A stretch of DNA of 64,000 nucleotides from Centroscyllium fabricii (taxonomy: Eukaryota): assembly GCA_051313645.2 (NCBI GenBank), contig JBNRSN020000003.1:394630001-394694000 (forward strand), written 5' to 3'. Positions 1 to 12,309 of this stretch are shown here, one piece after another. Within the stretch, counting starts at the first letter, position 1. Every line of letters starts with the position of its first letter. Below the pieces are notes generated by a model. It saw nothing but the letters and a program-made list of their open reading frames with translations, did not search any database and had not been told where the DNA came from. A program made the position numbers and the translations under genes.

Positions 1-1090
1 TGTGGCGGGGACCAAAGATAGTAGCTTCGCTCTTCCCAACATTTATTTGGATGAAATTTCTGCACATCGGACAAGCAGTCAGACGATTTAGAGATGGTGG
101 AGGGGTTGAGAGAGGTGGTGGTGAGATAGAGCTGGGTGTCATCAGCGTACATGTAGAAACTGACACTGTGATATCGCTGAGGGGCAGCATGTAGATTAGA
201 AATAGCAGGGGGCCTTAGGGGACACCAGAGTTAACAGTGCGGGAGCGGGAAGAGAAGCCATTGCAGATGATTCTCTGCCTATGATTAGATAGATAAGAAT
301 GGAACCAGGCTGGATGACAATGGAGAGGCGTTGGAGGAGGATGGTGTGGTCAACCTTATCAAAGGCTGCAGACAGGTCGAGAAAGACAAGGAGGGATAGT
401 TCAAGGAGGGATAGTTTAACTTTGTCACAAAGGGTTTGTGACTTTGATAAGAACTGTTTTGGTACTCTGGCGAGGCGGTATCCTGATTGGAGGGATTCAA
501 ACATGGCATTCTGGGAAAAAAGGGCATGGATTGGGAGGTGACAGCATGTGCAAGAACTTTGCAGAGAAAAGGGAAGTTGGAGATAGGCCGGTAGTTTGCA
601 AAGACAGAAGGGTCAAGGGTTATTTTTTGAGGAGAGGGGTGATGATGGCAGATTTGAAGGAGAGGGGGACAATACCTGAGGAGAGAGAACCATTAACAAT
701 GTCAGCTAACATGGGGGCCAGGGAGGGAAGTTGGGTGGTCAGGAGTTTAGTGGTAATAGGATCGAAGGAGGAGGCAGAGTGTCTCATTGATAAGATGAGC
801 TCAGAGAGGGCATGAGAGGAGATAGGAGAGAAACTAGAGAAAGTTGTGAATTCAGGGCTCGGGCGGTGAGTGGGGAGGGGGGAACCTTAGAGGAAGTTTG
901 GCCCGGTGGGCTAGGGGAAGGGAGGAAAGCAGCAGCGGCAGTTTAGTGATACATCTGTTGCATAGCGACAATGAAGTGCATGAACTCCTCACACTTGTTG
1001 GAGGTGAGGGTGGAGGAGACAGGGGAGAGGGGTTTAAGAAGACAGTTTGCAATAGAGAAAACAAGCCAGGGGTTATCTTTGCATTCCAGG
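1..1090 (-). mobile_element. Degenerate L2-clade LINE ORF2 (reverse transcriptase) fragment
   Basis: ORF 196..504(-) contains LVFLDLSAAFDKVDHTILLQRL, a typical L2/CR1-group RT motif; neighbouring frames are interrupted by stops and frameshifts. Confidence 0.8.
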
Positions 1091-1189
1091 ATGTTCCTGG
1101 AATAGTGAGCAGTTTTGGCAGACAAGAGCAGGACACGCTAATGCTTTATCTGGTTCAGCCAGATCTGACAATGAATGGTTCCACTAGTT

Positions 1190-1447
1190 AAACATAGAAA
1201 CATAGAAGATAGGAGCAGGAGTAGGCCATTTGGCCCTTCGAGCCTGCTCCGCCATTCAGCGAGATCATGGCTGATCATCCAATCCCAGTACCCTGTCCCT
1301 GCCCTGTCCCCATATCCCTCGATCCCGATCGAGCCTGCACCGACACATATCGCACCCTATCCCCGCAATCCCACAAATTCAATCCCCCTAACACTAAGGG
1401 TCAATTTATTATGGCCAATCAACCTAACCCGCACATCTTTGGACTGT
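1190..1447 (-). mobile_element. V-SINE (HE1-like), long-tail subfamily, 5'-truncated
   Basis: Matches the 3' part of the full-length copy at 54887-55304; (TTTCTATG)n tail. Confidence 0.85.
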
Positions 1448-1589
1448 TGTCCACCTTATACGTTCAATTCTGTGGTGAGAATGACAGTGTTTGAGCGATA
1501 GTGAATGAGTTGCTGTAAAAAGACTAATTTGTGCTAAAAATGGCATGTGTGATCAGCCAACTAGTCACAAGTGGGGAACTACAGTACAT

Positions 1590-2270
1590 TTTAAGTTATC
1601 GCCAAAAGACCAAAGGGAAAGGTTGGGTGTTTTTTTTATTCAGCAGATTGTTGGTATGTGAAATGTCCTGCTTGATACATTGGTGGAAGGAGAATGCATA
1701 ATAGGTTTTTTTCAGAATGAAAGGGGTTAACTATTTGAAAAATAAAAAAGTTGAAAGGGTTAATGGGGAGGTGGCGAGGGAATGGGACCTTTAGATTTTT
1801 TGTTGGGCAAGGGTATAATCAGTTACAGAGCCAAGATGGGCAGATGGAGTTAAGTAAGATACAGATCAACTAAGATTGAATGGTGGAACAGGTTCGAGGG
1901 GTTGAATGGCTTACTCCTGTTCCTACATTCATAGAGTAAATGCAAGTGCAATAGATCATCACATAAATTTAAAACAGAAATAGACAGTTTCCTAGAAGTA
2001 AAAGGGATTAAGGGTTACGGGGAGTGGGCAGGAATTTGGACATGAGGCTAGGTGCAGATCGGTCATGGCCCTGTGGGTAGTGGAGCGGGCCCAGGGACCG
2101 TGTAGCCTGATCCTGCTCCTATTTCGTGTATCTAATTCTGTTAGATTCAGGAGATGGTTCTGTGATAGTGGATTGGTGGTTAGGATCAGATCAGCCATGA
2201 TCTTATTGAATGGCGGAGCTGGCTCGAGGAGCCGATTGGCCTACTCCTGCTCCAATTTCTTATGTTCTTT
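1590..2270 (+). mobile_element. Old CR1 LINE 3'-end/tail fragments
   Basis: Degenerate copies of the CR1 tail ('gaatggcggagc..ggctcgagg..ggcctactcctg') seen in younger copies in this window. Confidence 0.55.
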
Positions 2271-2770
2271 TGTAGATCGAATGGCTTCTGCCTGTGCTAT
2301 AAAATTCTCCATTTCTATTGAAGGATGCGCTTCTTCCCATGTTATATGATACAGCACTGCTCAACATCTGGCCAGCTTCCTGATCCAACCAGACTCACGG
2401 AGTTCCATCTTTTGGTCTCTCCCATTGGCAGAAGTGATTGATCTGCTGATGAGTTTGTGGGAATTCAGCAAACAGAAAAAAACACAGCAGAGAGAGAGAG
2501 AGAGAAAGAGAATGAAAGAAGGATGAAAGGGATGATTCGAGATGCAATTATGCACATAAATAGGGTTTCTGCTGCACTTCCGATAACAAGACACGGGTGG
2601 AGCAGGAGCAGCGCCAAGGAAATTCCCAACCCAGACAATAGGGGGGATTTTTGCAAAGGTGTGGGAAACTGGCGGGTTTTGGGCAGATCAGGTTTCTGAC
2701 ATGAATGTTCAAGGGCCTGGGAGCCCCACGCAATTTTGGATAAATTGGCCAATTAATTCCCCGCGTGTCC

Positions 2771-3020
2771 GTCCAAAGATGTGTGGGTTAGGTTGATTGG
2801 CCATGATAAAAAATTGACCCTTAGTGTTAGGGGGATTGAATATGTGGGGTTGCGGGGAAGGGGTGGGGTATGCGTCGGTGCAGGCTCGATAGGGATGTGG
2901 GGAGGGGGCAGGGACAGGGTACTGAGTTTGGATGATCAGCCATGATCTCATTGAATGATGGAGCAGGCTTGAAGTGCCAAATGGCCTACTCCTATCTTCT
3001 ATGTTTCTATGTTTCTATGT
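2771..3020 (+). mobile_element. V-SINE, long-tail subfamily, 5'-truncated
   Basis: Starts at gtccaaagatgtg; CR1-derived tail. Confidence 0.85.
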
Positions 3021-3956
3021 GTCAGAGCCACTGGTAACTAACTGATTCCTGTCAGAAAGTGGCGGCGCTGCAGCTGACAGCCGGAGGTTTGATTGACAGG
3101 GCTAAGGATTGTGTGGTGTTAGTTTCTATGGGAACAGTGCATTGTGACATCACAATGGAGTGCAACAAATCGCAAAGCCCAAGTGTGTTGAATGACAGGT
3201 CTAAGGACTCACTGGAAAGCTCTCACAGATAGGGGCCATCTCTCTGTGAAGCATTTCAATTCATCTGTCAAGTAAGTTTGTGGAAGGTTTTTTCCACAGC
3301 TGCTCTTCAACCAAGGGAGTCACTTACACCTCCAGGGTGTTGAAGGCCTGAAAGGCATTCCATTACAGGTGCTGTGGTAATATTGAATAGACTTCCGGGG
3401 GAAGAGTAAGGGGTGAACTCTGTACATGTCACTTCCTGTTTCCTGTTACTATAAATACTGGAACTGCTCAGTATGGGGAGAAAGCTTCACCTGGAAGCAT
3501 GGTAAAACCCATCTTTGTACATAGTGATAATGTAGTGGATTAAAGCTTTGCTTTAAGTTATTGATGTATCAGACTCCATTATTACATCAAGTGCTTCAAT
3601 GCCTTGAAGGTGAAAGTGACCAAGCCGAATGTGATCCCGCTAGATTTCACCAGCAGAGTTTCAGGCTGGCAGGGTATGAGTGGGAAGGGCTCAAAAATCG
3701 CGGGGGGCCCTTAAAATGGGATTACCCATGGCAATTAAGGACCCCTAATGAGCATAACGATCATCTCTGCCGGTGGCGAGCGGGAAACATTCAGGCCGGC
3801 TAGACACGCCGGCAGAAAATTGCAAAGCTGCAGGGATCCGGCGGGAGGGGTCGAGACACCCCAGTTTTGCTGTGGCAGAACCACTGAATGACTTTGGCTA
3901 ACTGTATATAATTTTCTTTAATGATGTTCTAAAACCAGCCTAAACCTGTACCATTG

Positions 3957-4169
3957 TGTTAGGCATTACTGTGTTTTGTATATAGAGTTTGCATGTACGG
4001 GGCATGGCCCCTTTAAGAGCACAGGAAAACGCAGGCAAATGCGACGACATCATTCGCAAACCACGGGGCTGCCTTGGCTGTCCTTGTGGCCTCTCTGTTG
4101 AGTAAAGACCTGTTTAATTGTTCTCATGTGTCGATCTCCGTTTTTCGTTGGAATTCATCAATTCCGACA
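3957..4169 (+). mobile_element. Possible short solo LTR
   Basis: TG...CA ends, AGTAAA signal, flanking direct repeat TTG (or CATTG if the right end is shifted); boundaries ambiguous. Confidence 0.4.
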
Positions 4170-4639
4170 TTGCGATTTTAAGCCCCGCCCTGCCAGAAAC
4201 GCGCCCTCATGGCCCTCTGAAAATCCCCACCATTCTGTTTAAATCCAATGAAAGTTTGGAGACAGATGGAATACTTGTCAGTACAGTGGACATATCGCAT
4301 GATGTAGAAAGGTGGATCGGCAGATCTGTCCACTGAGAAGCAGGAGGGAATTTGCATGTACAGGCTAGTTTTATTTATTCATGGATTCAATGTCCTCACA
4401 AACTAGTTATCTATGTCACAGGAAATTGTTGCTACTTAAAGCAATGAATCCATCAGCTATTTGGAACACTTGAATGTTAAATCAAAGATACTTAACAAGT
4501 GCAGAAGGATTTAGGTGTGGGAAAGTGGCCCCGCTCCCATGGTTCAGCAAGCTTACATAGTTTATTGCTGAGCCATAGAAACCAGGAAGTTTGTAGATTC
4601 AGTGTTGAGGACAGTGGTGGAATGCTACAACTGGTCTAC

Positions 4640-5865
4640 ATTAAAGATCTGGATATGAATTTAAAAGGTATGATCAGTAAGTTCGCAGCTGACACGAAAA
4701 TTGGTGGGGTGGTAAATAGTGAGGAGGGAAGCCTCAGGCTACAGGACGATATAGATGGGTTGGTCAGATGGGCGGAACAGTGGTAAATGGAATTTAACCC
4801 TGAAAAGTGTGAGGTGATGCATTTTGAAAGGACTAACAAGGCAAGGGAATACACAATAGGGCCCGAGGAAAGACAAAGGATCAGAGGGACATTGGTGTGC
4901 ATGTACTGAAGGCAGCAGGACAGGTGGATAAGGTGGTTAAAAAGGCATATGGGATACTTGCCTTCATTAGCCGAGGCATAGAATATAAGGGCAGGGAGGT
5001 TATGCGTGGGTTTCCTCCGGGTGCTCCGGTTTCCTCCCACAGTCCAAAGATGTGCGGGTTAGGTTGATTGGCCAGGATAAATTGACCCTTAGTGTTAGGG
5101 GGATTGAATATGTGGGGTTACGGGGATAGGGTGGGATATGTGTCGGTGTGGGATCGAGGGATATGGGGACAAGGCAGGGACAGGGTGCTGGGTTTGGATG
5201 ATCAGCCATGATCTCATTGAATGGCGGAGCAGGCTCGAAGGGCCGAATGGCCTACTCCTGCTCCTATCTTCTATGTTTCTATGTTTCTATGATGGAGCTG
5301 TAAAAACGCTGGTAAGGCCACAGCTGGAGTACTGTATACAGTTCTGGTTGCCACACTACAGGAAGGATGTGATTGCTTTGGAGAGGGTGCAGAGGAGATT
5401 CACCAGGATGTTACCTGAGCTGGAGTGCTTCAACTATGAAGAAAGACTGGACAGGCTGGGGTTGTTTTCCTTGGAGCAGAGAAGGCTGAGGAGGGACATG
5501 ATTGAAGTGTAAAAAATCATGAGGGGCACAGATAGGGTAGATAGAAAGGAATTGTTCCCCTTAGTTGAGGGGTCAATAACAAGGGGGTATAGTTTCAAGT
5601 TAAGGGACAGGCGATTTGAGGAAGAACTTTTTCACCCAGAGGGTGGTTGGAATCTGGAACTCACTGCCTTAAAGGGTGGTAGAGGCAGGAACCCTCACAA
5701 CATTCAAGAAGCATTTAGATGAGCACTTGAAATGCTATAGCATACACGGCTACGGACCAAATGCAGGAAAATGGGATTAGAATAGACAAGGCTTGATGGC
5801 CGTCGCAGACGCGATGGGCTGAAGGGCCTCTTTCTGTGCTGCATAACTCTCTATGACTCTATGGC
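4640..5865 (+). mobile_element. CR1 LINE 3' fragment (RT C-terminus and tail), interrupted by a V-SINE
   Basis: ISKFAADTKIGG and [34 protein letters not shown] motifs. Confidence 0.9.
5003..5291 (+). mobile_element. V-SINE, long-tail subfamily, truncated within the V domain
   Basis: 'gcgtgggtttcctccgggtgctccggtttcctcccacagtccaaag' V-domain core plus tail. Confidence 0.9.
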
Positions 5866-6642
5866 CTCAGTGCTACTGTCTGGGGGCAGTGGGTGTTCAT
5901 CACTCACATTTCCTACTTCTATCTAGTGATCCTTGGCCGGAAGTGTGCATTTAGCGGCACGGAGGAGGGCAAGATAAGGCTTGACTGTGATGCCCTACCT
6001 GGGCTAATGGCCTGCTAGCACTCACAGTTGCGTTCCTTGCAGAACTGTATCTCAGCAAGGAGTCAATGCCTTCAGGGTAAGGAGAGAAATCCGGGAGGGG
6101 AAGAAAAATGATGCGGCAAATGCGATTAAAGCTAATTTCCTTCTCAGCTGCATTTAATATTATATAATGAAACCAATGGCAAGGAATCAAACCTACTTCT
6201 GCATTCAAACATATGAGTACCTCAGTTCTGCTCTATCATGACACTTCCGTACTGTACATACAGGATGAAGGATTGTGGTAACTCGCACGGTTCGTCATTA
6301 TAACTAAATCAGGTTATTAAGTCTTTTAGAGAATTGGCACATCTGAGTGTAATTTGTCATTTCACCTTGAAGTTTCTAGGCCAACAATGCCAATTTCTTT
6401 CATCTGAGGTAGTTGCGTTGCAAAACAAAAGTTACATCTGGTTCAACTACCTCCTGCCTTACCTAAGCAGGGTGTTCTTACCCTAATCTAAGACACATGC
6501 TCTGTGTCCTGACCATGGACCTCCCAGCTTCATGCCTTTTTCTAACAATCTATAAGGCTTACACCGGCTTGCCCCAATGTCGTCAACCGAAAACCAATTT
6601 TAAATGTGCCCGCCCGCCCACTGGATTTTTTTCTTTTAAAGT

Positions 6643-6950
6643 CAGGTCCGACACCGTTAATCCGGTACGGTCAGGACCAGGTCGGTGCTGGATTAGTGAA
6701 AAATCCGAACGAGTGAATCTTCAGCGAGCGCATGCACAGACCAGTCGGGCAGTCGCGGAGAGGCCCGGGCATGCGCAGCCAAGCGCGGTGGCCATTTTGC
6801 GCATGCGCAGACCAGTCTGGCAGCCGGGGAAATGCCCAGGCTTGTGCAGCCAAGCGCGGCGGCCATTTTGTGCAGACCAGTTGTCCGGATTTGTTCTGGA
6901 CGACTGAAGTTTCCGGATTACCGGTGTCCGAATTAACGGTGCCGGACCTG
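6643..6950. mobile_element. pogo/Tigger-type MITE with GCGCATGCGC/GCCATTTT repeat core
   Basis: TIRs CAGGTCCG.CACCGTTAAT / ATTAACGGTGCCGGACCTG, TA on the right flank. Confidence 0.75.
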
Positions 6951-7685
6951 TAATAAAAGAACTTAAACCTAAAATAAACTTTCAACAAAAAACAAAAGAA
7001 AACTTACAGAACTAAATCATAATCTCACTTCTGGTGTCAGTAAGAAACTCCAGTCCTTGCGGGGCTCACCAGTCGCAGAAGGCCTCGGGCGTACCGATGC
7101 GCACTGTGTGCCCCCTCTCCAGAACTGCTCGGGTGCGGAGAAGTTTTGTCAGGTGCTTGTGGAGACTGTCAGGTGGAGCACATTGCAAGCAAGAGAAACA
7201 CTTCAGATGAACCCTCCTGCTTGGTAGCTTTTTTCACTCCTGTTAAAGAGCAACTAATTCCTGGTGGTTAAGTCATTCCTTTTCCCTACCATTCTCTCTA
7301 CTTAATTACAGTAAATGTTTCTCAGCTGTTTATGGTTCCTCTGGCCAGAATGTTCTGTACTCACTTATTTAGGCCACATGGGTTGTCACAACATCTGCTT
7401 CCTGCTAAGAATTACGGGTGTGATGTAATTGAAAACTAACAGTTTCCATGTAAAGACCACCCTCTATGACCTCAGTTTCATTCCGTAAATGAAAATGATG
7501 TTATAGAGCACGGGGTTTACAAAATCCTTCCAACTTGAAGCCGGCGAAAGGTGCCATGCAAGCTATGTGACCTAAATAATTAAGCACTGCGCTGTGGACC
7601 AGTGAAATAAGTAGCAGCTGAGAAATATTAACAGCAATTAAATGAAGAGACAAGGAAGCCGTTTAATGGACTGGACTGGTAGTCT

Positions 7686-7850
7686 TCATAGAATCATAGA
7701 ATCCCTACAGTGCAGATAGAGGCCATTTCGGCCCATCGAGCCTGCACCGACACATATCCCACCCTATCCCCCGTAACCCCACATATTTAATCCCCTTAGC
7801 ACTAAGGGTCAATTTATCATGGCCAATCAACCTAACCCGCAGATCTTTGG
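7686..7850 (-). mobile_element. V-SINE, short-tail subfamily, 5'-truncated
   Basis: Matches 11951-12272; (ATTCTATG)n tail. Confidence 0.85.
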
Positions 7851-7926
7851 GTTCCCTATTAGCTGGGTATAAAGTAAGCTTGGAGCTGGGAATTGTAGGA
7901 GAACCTACAGGCCTCTCTCGCACCAC

Positions 7927-8150
7927 ATAACAACAGAAAATGCTGGAAAAACTCAGCAGGCCAGGCAACATCCGTGAAGAGAGAAATATAGAGTCGACGT
8001 TTCGGGTTAGGACCCTATGTCAAGACAAAGGGTCCCGACCCGAAACGTCGACTCTATATTTCTCTCCACGGATGTTGCCTGACCTGCTGAGTTTTTCCAG
8101 CATTTTCTGTTGTTATTTCGGATTTCCAGCATTTGCAGTATTTTGCTATT
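7927..8150. repeat. Inverted pair of Penelope terminal repeats (~190-bp palindrome centred at ~8021)
   Basis: 7927-8020 is an imperfect reverse complement of 8023-8116; related to the Penelope end at 8325-8425. Confidence 0.8.
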
Positions 8151-8324
8151 GCCTCTCTTGCCTGCCTCCCAAATGAAGTGGACAGACTTATAAAAAAGTT
8201 ACCTGTCTTTTAACAAAGCTTGCCTTAATAATAGACACCGCTGCATAGGAGAAAGATTACCTCAGATTGGTCTTTCTGTCAGAATCATTTGACACGATTA
8301 TAAGGAACCCTTTATAATTTCTCA

Positions 8325-10437
8325 AATAACAACAGAAAATGCTGGAGAAACTCAGCAGGCCAGGCAACATCGGTGGAGAGAGAAACAGAGTTAACGTTTC
8401 AGGTCGATGCCCTTTCTTCAGAACTAGAGAAGCCAGGAGGGGGGATAGATTTTAAAGCAAGTAGGGGCTGAGGAAAGGGGGAGGGCTGAAAGAACAAAGG
8501 AAAGATCAGCAACAGGCTAGAAGGTGGGGGAAGGTGAGAGATATGCGGAGAAATTGAAGGAACACAGGATGGCTCAGAATAGGTGTGAACAGCTTTAGCA
8601 GAGTAAAGAATAAAGCCCAGACGAAATGGTGGATTGAAAAAAGAGAGAAAATGTACATCTGTAAAAAAGTGTAGTAGGGGCCGAGGGTATGATCTAAAAT
8701 TGTTGAACTCTATGTTTAGTCCAGAGGGCTGTAGAGTGCCTAAGCGAAAGATGAGGTGCTGTTCCTCGAGTTTACACTGAGCTTCCGTGGAACAATGCAA
8801 TAGGCCACAGACAGTGAGGTCTGAATGGGCGTGGAATGGAGAATTAAAGTGACAGGCCACCGGGAGCTCAGTGTCCCCCTTACGGACTGAACGGAGGTGT
8901 TCCGCGAAGCGGTCACCCAATCTGCATTTGCTCTCCCCGATGTAGAGGAGACCAGATCGTGAGCAGCGAATACAGTATACTAAACTACAGGAAGTACATG
9001 TAAATCACTGTTTCACCTGGAAGGGGTGTTTGGGGCCCTGGACAGTGGGAAGGGGGGAGGTGTAAGGGCAGGTGTTGCATCTCCTGCGCTTGCACAGGAA
9101 GGTGCCAGGCAAAGGGGAAGGGGTACTGGGGGTGGTAGAGGAGTGGACTAGGGTGTCGCAGAGGGAGTGGACCCTACGGAATGCGGAAAGGGGAGGTGAT
9201 TGGTAGATGAGTTTGGTGGTGGGAACATGCTGGAGGTGGCGGAAATGGCGGCAGATGATCCGCTGAATGTGGAGGCTGGTGGGGTGAAAGGTGAGGACAA
9301 GGGGAACTCTCTCGTGGTTCCAGGAGGGAGGGGCAGGGGTGAGGGCCGAAGTGCTGGAGATAGAATGGATACGGTCGAGGGCCGTGTCAACCACAGTAGA
9401 GGGCAGTCCTCAGTTGAGGAAAAAGGAAGACATGTCGGAAGCACTGGTGTGGAAGGTGGCATCATCAGAGCAGATGCGGCGGAGACGGAGAAACTGGGAG
9501 AATAGAAGAGTCCTTACAGGAAGCGGGGTGGGAGGAAGTGTAGTCCAGGTAGCTGTGTGGGTCAGTGGGCTTTTAGTGAATGTTGGTCAATAACCTATCC
9601 CCAGAGATGGAGACGGAGAAGTCGAGGAAGGGAAGGGAAGAGTCGGAGATGGACCATGTGAAGGTGAGGGAAGGGTGGAAGTTGGAAGCAAAGTGAATGA
9701 AATCTTCTAGTACAGGGCGAGAGCAGGAAATGGCACCGATACAGTCATCTATGTACCGGAAAAAGAGGTGAGGGAGGGGACCCGAGTAGGACTGGAACAA
9801 ACGGTGTTCCACATATCCCATGAAAAGGCAGGCATAGCTCGGACCCATGCGGGTTCCCATAGCAACACCTTTGATTTGGAGGAAATGAGCGGAGTCAAAA
9901 GAGAAGTTGTTCAATGTGAGAACAAGTTCAGCCAGGCGGAGGAGGGTGGTGGTGGATGGGGACTGGTTGGCCCTCTGTTCAAGGAAGAAGCGGAGCGCCC
10001 TCAGGCCATCCTGGTGGGGGATGGAGATGTAGAGGGATTGTATGTCCATAGTGAAAAGTAGGCGGTTGGCGCCGGGAAACTGGAACCTGTTAAAGTGGCG
10101 GAGGGCGTCGGAAGAGTCGCGGATGTAGGTGGGAAGAGACTGGACAAGGGGAGAAAAAATAGAGTCGAGACAGGAAGAGGTAAGTTCTGTGGGGCAAAAA
10201 CAGGCTGAAATGCTGGGTCTGCCAGGGCAGTCCTGTTTGTGGATCTTGGGAAGGAGGTAGAAGCAGGCTTTGCGGGGTTGGGGAACTGTGAGGTTGGCTG
10301 CCATAGGGCGAAGATCTCCAGAGGAGATGAAGTCATGATCAGTCTTGGAAATTGTGGATTGATGTTCAGTAGTGGGGTCATGGTCCAGGTGGAGGTAGGA
10401 GGAGGTGTCTGAGAGTTGGCGTTCAGCTTCCGCTAGG
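8325..10437 (-). mobile_element. Penelope-like element, 5'-truncated; RT plus GIY-YIG endonuclease pseudogene
   Basis: ORF 9573..10469: FYLLPKIHK..PGRP, GVAMGTRMGP, RYIDD; ORF 8399..8920: RFAEHLRSV..PVACHFN..LEEQHLIFRLGTLQPSGLN; frameshifts between ORFs. Confidence 0.93.
8389..8425 (-). ncRNA. Minimal hammerhead ribozyme motif in Penelope terminus
   Basis: AGTT-CTGAAGA-(stem II)-GAAA-CGTTA-ACT on the minus strand; minimal hammerheads are established features of Penelope termini. Confidence 0.6.
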
Positions 10438-10574
10438 CCTTCAGGCAGTGGAAAGAGGAAATCTTCCAACCAATTCTCTCTGTCTTTTTAATCATAAATT
10501 TCATTGCGAGCATTCACGGTAGTTGGCAGCTCTGAAAGTGGGCAGTGCCGGAGGGAAAGCCGATATAGAAAGAA

Positions 10575-11000
10575 GAAATAATTTGCATTTCTAATGTGCC
10601 TTTCACGACCTCAGGACACCCCAAAGCGATTTACAGTCAATTAAGTACTTTTTGAAGTGTTGTCACTGCTGTAATGTTGGAAGCGTGGCAGTCACTATGC
10701 GCACATCAAGATCTCACAAACAACAATGTGATAATGACCAGATAATCTGTTTTTAGGTGTTGGTTGGTGGATGAATATGGGCCAGGACACTGGGGATAAC
10801 TCCCCTGCTCTTTTTTTGAAATAGTGCCATGGGAATTTTTACATCAACTTGAGAGGGCAGAGGGGGCCTCAGTTTAACATCTCATCTGAAAGACGGTACC
10901 TCCGACAGTGCAGCACTTCCTCAGTACTGCACTGGAGTGCCACCCTAGCTTTTGCGCTCAATTCTCTGGAGTGGGACTTGAACCCACAATCTTCTGACTA
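10575..11000 (-). mobile_element. Deu-domain SINE (SacSINE1-like)
   Basis: tRNA B-box-like 'gggttcaagtccc' head, Deu-type central sequence, L2-like tail. Confidence 0.7.
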
Positions 11001-11950
11001 CGGTGGAATAATGGAGTGGTGCACGCAGAGAGCTTAACCCAACAGCAGTCTTATGCCATGGATGTAATTTTTCTACTCTATATTCAAGCTGGCAATATGT
11101 CACACAATACATAAGCTCGAACAGGAATCAGGAGGAGGCGAATTTCATTATGTAACCAATACTGGCACATTGTAAACTGTGTCTTTAGAAGTGAGCAGGA
11201 CAGTCTTGGAACTCGTTACCATGTAATCCTTGTAGAAAAATAAACGATTATAATTACAGTGTGGAGTCAACAGTAACAAGAGCAGAAATCCGTTTTTCGA
11301 TTAACAGTAACATTTGTTTTCATTAGGGCTGTAATTGGAAACAACAGTTATATCACAATCAGTACACTTTTAATAAGTCCTTTTTAATAGCATAACATTT
11401 ACTGGAAGTTAGCATTTGTAAGACAGCTCTTGGATAATTTGTTTTGGTATGCTGAAACATAACCATATGTTTTCAATATTATGGCTAGGAAACTACAAAA
11501 TAATTAACTCCAAACAATTCTTTGCATTTGTAAACCTTGCCCAGTTTATTGCATTTGGATCTGAGATTCAAAAGCATACTACAGATTTTTTTCAATTATT
11601 ATTGTGATGTGGGAACAGAATCGATCTGATCAACAGTGGTGGTGTTTAAAGTTATAAATAGATGGATAATTTAGTTGGACAGGGTACAGTTGGGGGTAAT
11701 GATTCCTTAGGCTACACACCTGAACAGTGGAGATTGGATTACTTATCATGCTGGAGAAACATTAAAGTCCACTTAATTTACTCTGAATGGGAAGAAATCT
11801 TATAGAAATGTACTAACGCCTCTCTGCACCTAAGAAGAATGAAAATTTATCAGCTACAAACAGACTAGTAACTAGGCAATGACTATTGATGAACCCAGGT
11901 GCACCGTACAAAACAAAAGCCTTGAAGGAACACGTCAAAATAAATGGGTT

Positions 11951-12272
11951 AATCATAGAATCATAGAATCGCTACAGTGCAGATAGAGGCCATTTCGGCC
12001 CATCGAGCCTGCACCGACACATATCCCACCCTATCCCCATAACCCCACATATTCAATCCCCCTAACACGAAGGTTCAATTTACCCTGGCCAATCAACCTA
12101 ACTTGCACATCTTTGGACTGTGGGAGGAAACCGGAGCACCCGGAGGAAACCCACGCAGACACGGGGAGAATGTGCAAACTCCACACAGACAGTCACCCGA
12201 GGCCGGATTTGAACTCGGGCCCCTGGCGCTGTGAGGCAACAGTGCTGACCACTATGCCACCGTGCCCCCACC
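11951..12272 (-). mobile_element. Full-length V-SINE, short-tail subfamily
   Basis: tRNA-like head (TGGCATAGTGG; GAGTTCAAATCC), V domain, tail; GTTAA direct repeat at both ends. Confidence 0.92.
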
Positions 12273-12309
12273 GTTAAGCGGGCAAAAGAATTTCAGAAAA
12301 AGCATTAAA

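Larger units (their letters stand above)
2641..4231. mobile_element. Non-autonomous Harbinger-type element with nested V-SINE and a small LTR-like insert; same family as 52587-53390
   Basis: GGGGGGATTTT...AAAATCCCC termini; colinear similarity to 52587-53390 (e.g. 'caagggagtca.ttacacctccagggtgttgaaggcctg'). Confidence 0.65.

Noticed and set aside
11130-11460. Possible conserved non-coding element (AT-rich unique sequence with TAAT motifs)
   Set aside because: Cannot be supported without cross-species alignment
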